DNA from: Psychrobacter cryohalolentis K5 | Lineage (GTDB): Bacteria; Pseudomonadota; Gammaproteobacteria; Pseudomonadales; Moraxellaceae | Length of the DNA stretch: 32,000 nucleotides | Assembly (NCBI RefSeq): GCF_000013905.1 | Contig: NC_007969.1 | Coordinates: 660,001-692,000, forward strand | Direction of reading: 5' to 3' | Shown: positions 29,168 through 32,000 of the stretch, in pieces | Layout: each line of letters begins with the position of its first letter | Position numbering within the stretch: the first letter of the stretch is position 1 | Made by a program: the position numbers and the translations under genes | The notes under the pieces: generated by a model | What the model was told of the DNA's origin: nothing | The model's database searches: none | The model's input: the letters and a program-made list of their open reading frames with translations, nothing else

Positions 29168-32000
29168 ATGGCAGTCATACATATTGATGGAACCACTGTC
29201 GAAGTAGATAGCGCGGACAACTTGCTACAAGCATGCTTGTCCCTCGGCATTGATGTGCCGTATTTTTGTTATCACCCAGCCCTTGGTTCAGTAGGCTCTT
29301 GCCGTCAGTGCGCGGTTAAGCAATATATGACCAAAGAAGACATGGAAGCAGGTCGCGGTCGCCTTGTGATGTCCTGTATGGTCGCCCCAGGCGATGATAT
29401 GTACATCTCAGTGACTGATGATGAAGCGAAGGCGTTCCGTAAGTCGATGGTTGAGCTGTTGATGATTAACCATCCGCATGACTGCCCAACCTGTGAAGAG
29501 GGTGGACATTGTCATTTGCAGGATATGACCTATATGTCAGGTCATCATCGTCGTCGCTACCGCTTTACCAAACGCACCCATCACAATCAAGAGCTTGGTC
29601 CGTTTATCGCGCATGAGATGAATCGTTGTATCGCTTGCTATCGCTGCGTCCGTTTTTATAAAGACTATGCGGGCGGCGAAGATTTGGGCGTTTATGGCTC
29701 AAACGAGCGTGTTTATTTTGGTCGTGATAAAGACGGTCAGTTTGAAAGTGAGTTTTCAGGTAACCTAACGGAAGTCTGTCCAACAGGTGTATTTACCGAT
29801 AAGACGCATTCGGATCGTTATAACCGTAAGTGGGATATGCAGTATGCACCAAGCATCTGTCATGGCTGCTCAGCGGGTTGTAATATCTCTGCCGGTGAGC
29901 GCTACGGTGAATTGCGCCGTATCGAAAATCGCTATAATGGCGAGGTAAATCGTTATTTCTTATGTGACCGTGGTCGTTTTGGTTATGGCTATGTCAATCG
30001 TGAAGATCGTCCAACCCAAGCGCTTGAACGTATCAATGATAAACATGTCAAAATCAATATTGACTATGCTCTTGATGAAACTATTAAGCGTATTAAAGAC
30101 AAAAAAGTCATTGGTATCGGCTCACCACGTGCCAGCCTTGAGACCAACTTTGCGCTAAAAAACCTCGTTGGTTTTGATAATTTTTCAACGGGTCTTAATC
30201 ATCAGCAGCAAGCACTGGTCAATAAATGTATTGAAGTCTTGAGTACCGAGGGTATTTATAATCCAGGTATGACCGATATTGAAAGCCATGATGCGGTACT
30301 GATTTTGGGTGAAGATATCACTCAAACGTCATCACGTGTGGCACTTTCTATCCGTCAAGCGGCGAAAAATGAAGCCATAAAAATGGCGGCTGCTACCAAA
30401 ACACAGTCATGGTTGGCTGAGCCAGTCAAACGTATTGCTCAAGGTGCGCAAAGCCCAGTATATGTCATCGATGTGACTCAAACCAAACTTGAAGATATCA
30501 GTAAGGTTAGCGTCGTAGCGACACCTGAAGACATCACTAAACTTGGTTTTAAAGTTGCGGATGAAATTGCTAAATTTGACGATAATTTAGCAAAAATAGT
30601 CGATCCGCAAAAAGCTGAAAAAGAGGCTAATGCCAATATCAATGTTGATCCTATGCAAGCGCTGGCACAGCAAATCGCTTATGACTTGATCCAAGCGGAC
30701 AAGCCATTGGTTGTCTCTGGTAGCAGCTTATCGTCTATTGCCTTGATAGAAGCAGCTGCGCAAATCACGCAAGCATTAAGCCAAAAGCGTGCAGCAATCA
30801 AAGCAACTGAGCAGTATGAAGTTGAGACACATAATGCCAAAGTTGCAGCAGCTGAAGCGCAGGCACAAGCAACAACGGTGCAGCAAACAGAAGATAAAGA
30901 TCTATCTGCCAAGCCAAATAAGCCTGAAACGGGCGTTAATACTGAAGCACAAGACGATGTCGAGCGTCAGCCAGCAACTAAACTTGAGCTAAAAGAAGTC
31001 AATAAAAAGTATCATGCCCAAGCGGGTATCTATTTAGCAGTGACAGATGCTAATAGTATCGGTGTTTGCTTACTCGGTGGTCATTCAGTTGAAGAATTGC
31101 TGGCAACTGATTTTGATGTGGTGATAGTCGCTGAAAATCAGTTGACTGATGCTATTGATGCGAATAAATTAACACAGCTATTGACTGATAAAACCGTCAT
31201 TGCGTTAGATCATCAATTGCTTGATTGGCACAAAGACGTCGATATTGTATTGCCAGCAGCCACCTTTGCTGAAGCAGATGGCACGCTTATTTCTGCCGAA
31301 GGTCGTGCGCAGCGCTTCTTCCAAGTTTATGATAATGACTATTACCATCCGCTTAGTAGTATCAAAGAAGGTTGGCGCTGGTTGCATGCTGTGCACAGCA
31401 GCTTAGAAGGTCGTGATGTCGACTGGACGCAGCTTGACGATGTCATCAATGCTTTGATAGCGACCCATCCTAAGCTTGCCGGTATCAAAGAAGCTGCACC
31501 CGATGCTGATTACCGTATGACGGGTCTAAAAATTGCCCGTCAGCCACGTCGTTACTCAGGTCGTACTTCTATGCGCGCGCCTGTCTCTGTACATGAACCA
31601 ATGCAGCCAAAAGATTTGGATACCGGTTTAACCTTTTCAATGGAAGGCTATAGCGGTAAGCAAACCCCAAGCGCGATGATTCCTTTTGCGCAATCTGCCG
31701 GTTGGAACTCACCGCAAGCTTGGAACAAATACCAAGATAAAGTGGGTGGTAGTCTTAGAAATGGTGATCCGGGTGTGCGTTTGTTCGATCAGTTAGAGCG
31801 TTTAGCTACGCGCCAATATGTTGCGCCAGAAGTTAGCTCAGTAGCTACGACGGATATGCAGCAAGGGCAGGCAAAACTGGTGCCTATTTATAACATTTAT
31901 GCCAGCTCAATGATGGCATCGCGTAGCCCAGTGGTAGCTGAGCAATTACCTGTCGCCTCATGGCGTATAGGAATTGATGACGCAAAAGACTGGAATATCG
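29168..32000 (+). CDS. nuoG: NADH-quinone oxidoreductase subunit G (5' part; continues past the window end)
   Basis: This ORF is not in the ORF track because no stop occurs before base 32000. I read the frame from the ATG at 29168 (GGAG 7 nt upstream) through to the end without a stop. It has the N-terminal 2Fe-2S motif (CYHPALGSVGSCRQC), 4Fe-4S motifs (HPHDCPTCEEGGHCHLQD, CIACYRCVRF, CPTGVF) and a molybdopterin-like domain. Confidence 0.93.
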   Translation, partial: MAVIHIDGTTVEVDSADNLLQACLSLGIDVPYFCYHPALGSVGSCRQCAVKQYMTKEDMEAGRGRLVMSCMVAPGDDMYISVTDDEAKAFRKSMVELLMINHPHDCPTCEEGGHCHLQDMTYMSGHHRRRYRFTKRTHHNQELGPFIAHEMNRCIACYRCVRFYKDYAGGEDLGVYGSNERVYFGRDKDGQFESEFSGNLTEVCPTGVFTDKTHSDRYNRKWDMQYAPSICHGCSAGCNISAGERYGELRRIENRYNGEVNRYFLCDRGRFGYGYVNREDRPTQALERINDKHVKINIDYALDETIKRIKDKKVIGIGSPRASLETNFALKNLVGFDNFSTGLNHQQQALVNKCIEVLSTEGIYNPGMTDIESHDAVLILGEDITQTSSRVALSIRQAAKNEAIKMAAATKTQSWLAEPVKRIAQGAQSPVYVIDVTQTKLEDISKVSVVATPEDITKLGFKVADEIAKFDDNLAKIVDPQKAEKEANANINVDPMQALAQQIAYDLIQADKPLVVSGSSLSSIALIEAAAQITQALSQKRAAIKATEQYEVETHNAKVAAAEAQAQATTVQQTEDKDLSAKPNKPETGVNTEAQDDVERQPATKLELKEVNKKYHAQAGIYLAVTDANSIGVCLLGGHSVEELLATDFDVVIVAENQLTDAIDANKLTQLLTDKTVIALDHQLLDWHKDVDIVLPAATFAEADGTLISAEGRAQRFFQVYDNDYYHPLSSIKEGWRWLHAVHSSLEGRDVDWTQLDDVINALIATHPKLAGIKEAAPDADYRMTGLKIARQPRRYSGRTSMRAPVSVHEPMQPKDLDTGLTFSMEGYSGKQTPSAMIPFAQSAGWNSPQAWNKYQDKVGGSLRNGDPGVRLFDQLERLATRQYVAPEVSSVATTDMQQGQAKLVPIYNIYASSMMASRSPVVAEQLPVASWRIGIDDAKDWNI

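Noticed and set aside
30679-30992. Alternative-frame ORFs (77 aa on the minus strand, 67 aa on the plus strand) inside nuoG
   Set aside because: They lie in the low-complexity GCA/CAA/GAA-rich insertion, where all frames tend to stay open. The nuoG frame is continuous through this segment.

Overview
This is a moderately AT-rich gammaproteobacterial chromosome segment. Gene order (dut-algC-argB, leuS-lptE-holA, fused nuoCD) and codon usage resemble Moraxellaceae, possibly Psychrobacter; that assignment is inference only. Almost all of it is core housekeeping.

Left to right:
- the 3' end of an unknown CDS
- a DUF938/SAM-methyltransferase-like gene
- a divergent pair: a secreted dienelactone-hydrolase-family protein and a large-subunit (HPII) catalase
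- an MBL-fold hydrolase
- two tandem tRNA-Lys(UUU) genes
- a long minus-strand run: macB, macA, holA, lptE, leuS; then (after the plus-strand yffB-like ArsC-family gene) a small Trp-rich membrane ORF, argB, a divergent algC-like phosphohexomutase, dut, mgtE and rep
- a ~1 kb non-coding gap
- the start of an E. coli-type nuo operon (nuoA, nuoB, nuoCD, nuoE, nuoF, and nuoG running off the window edge)

I see no integrase, transposase, CRISPR array, toxin-antitoxin or defence-like gene set, and no convincing novel multi-gene system.

The most unusual signal is non-coding. Two ~150-nt copies of a highly structured repeat lie in inverted orientation around the hydrolase-catalase pair. Their stem arms differ in sequence but keep base pairing through compensatory changes. 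All wobble pairs fall on one strand, which suggests a transcribed structured RNA or MITE-like family.

Secondary oddities:
- lineage-specific extensions or insertions in NuoA, NuoG and the AlgC-like enzyme
- a direct-repeat candidate operator upstream of nuoA
- unusually long spacers inside the nuo operon
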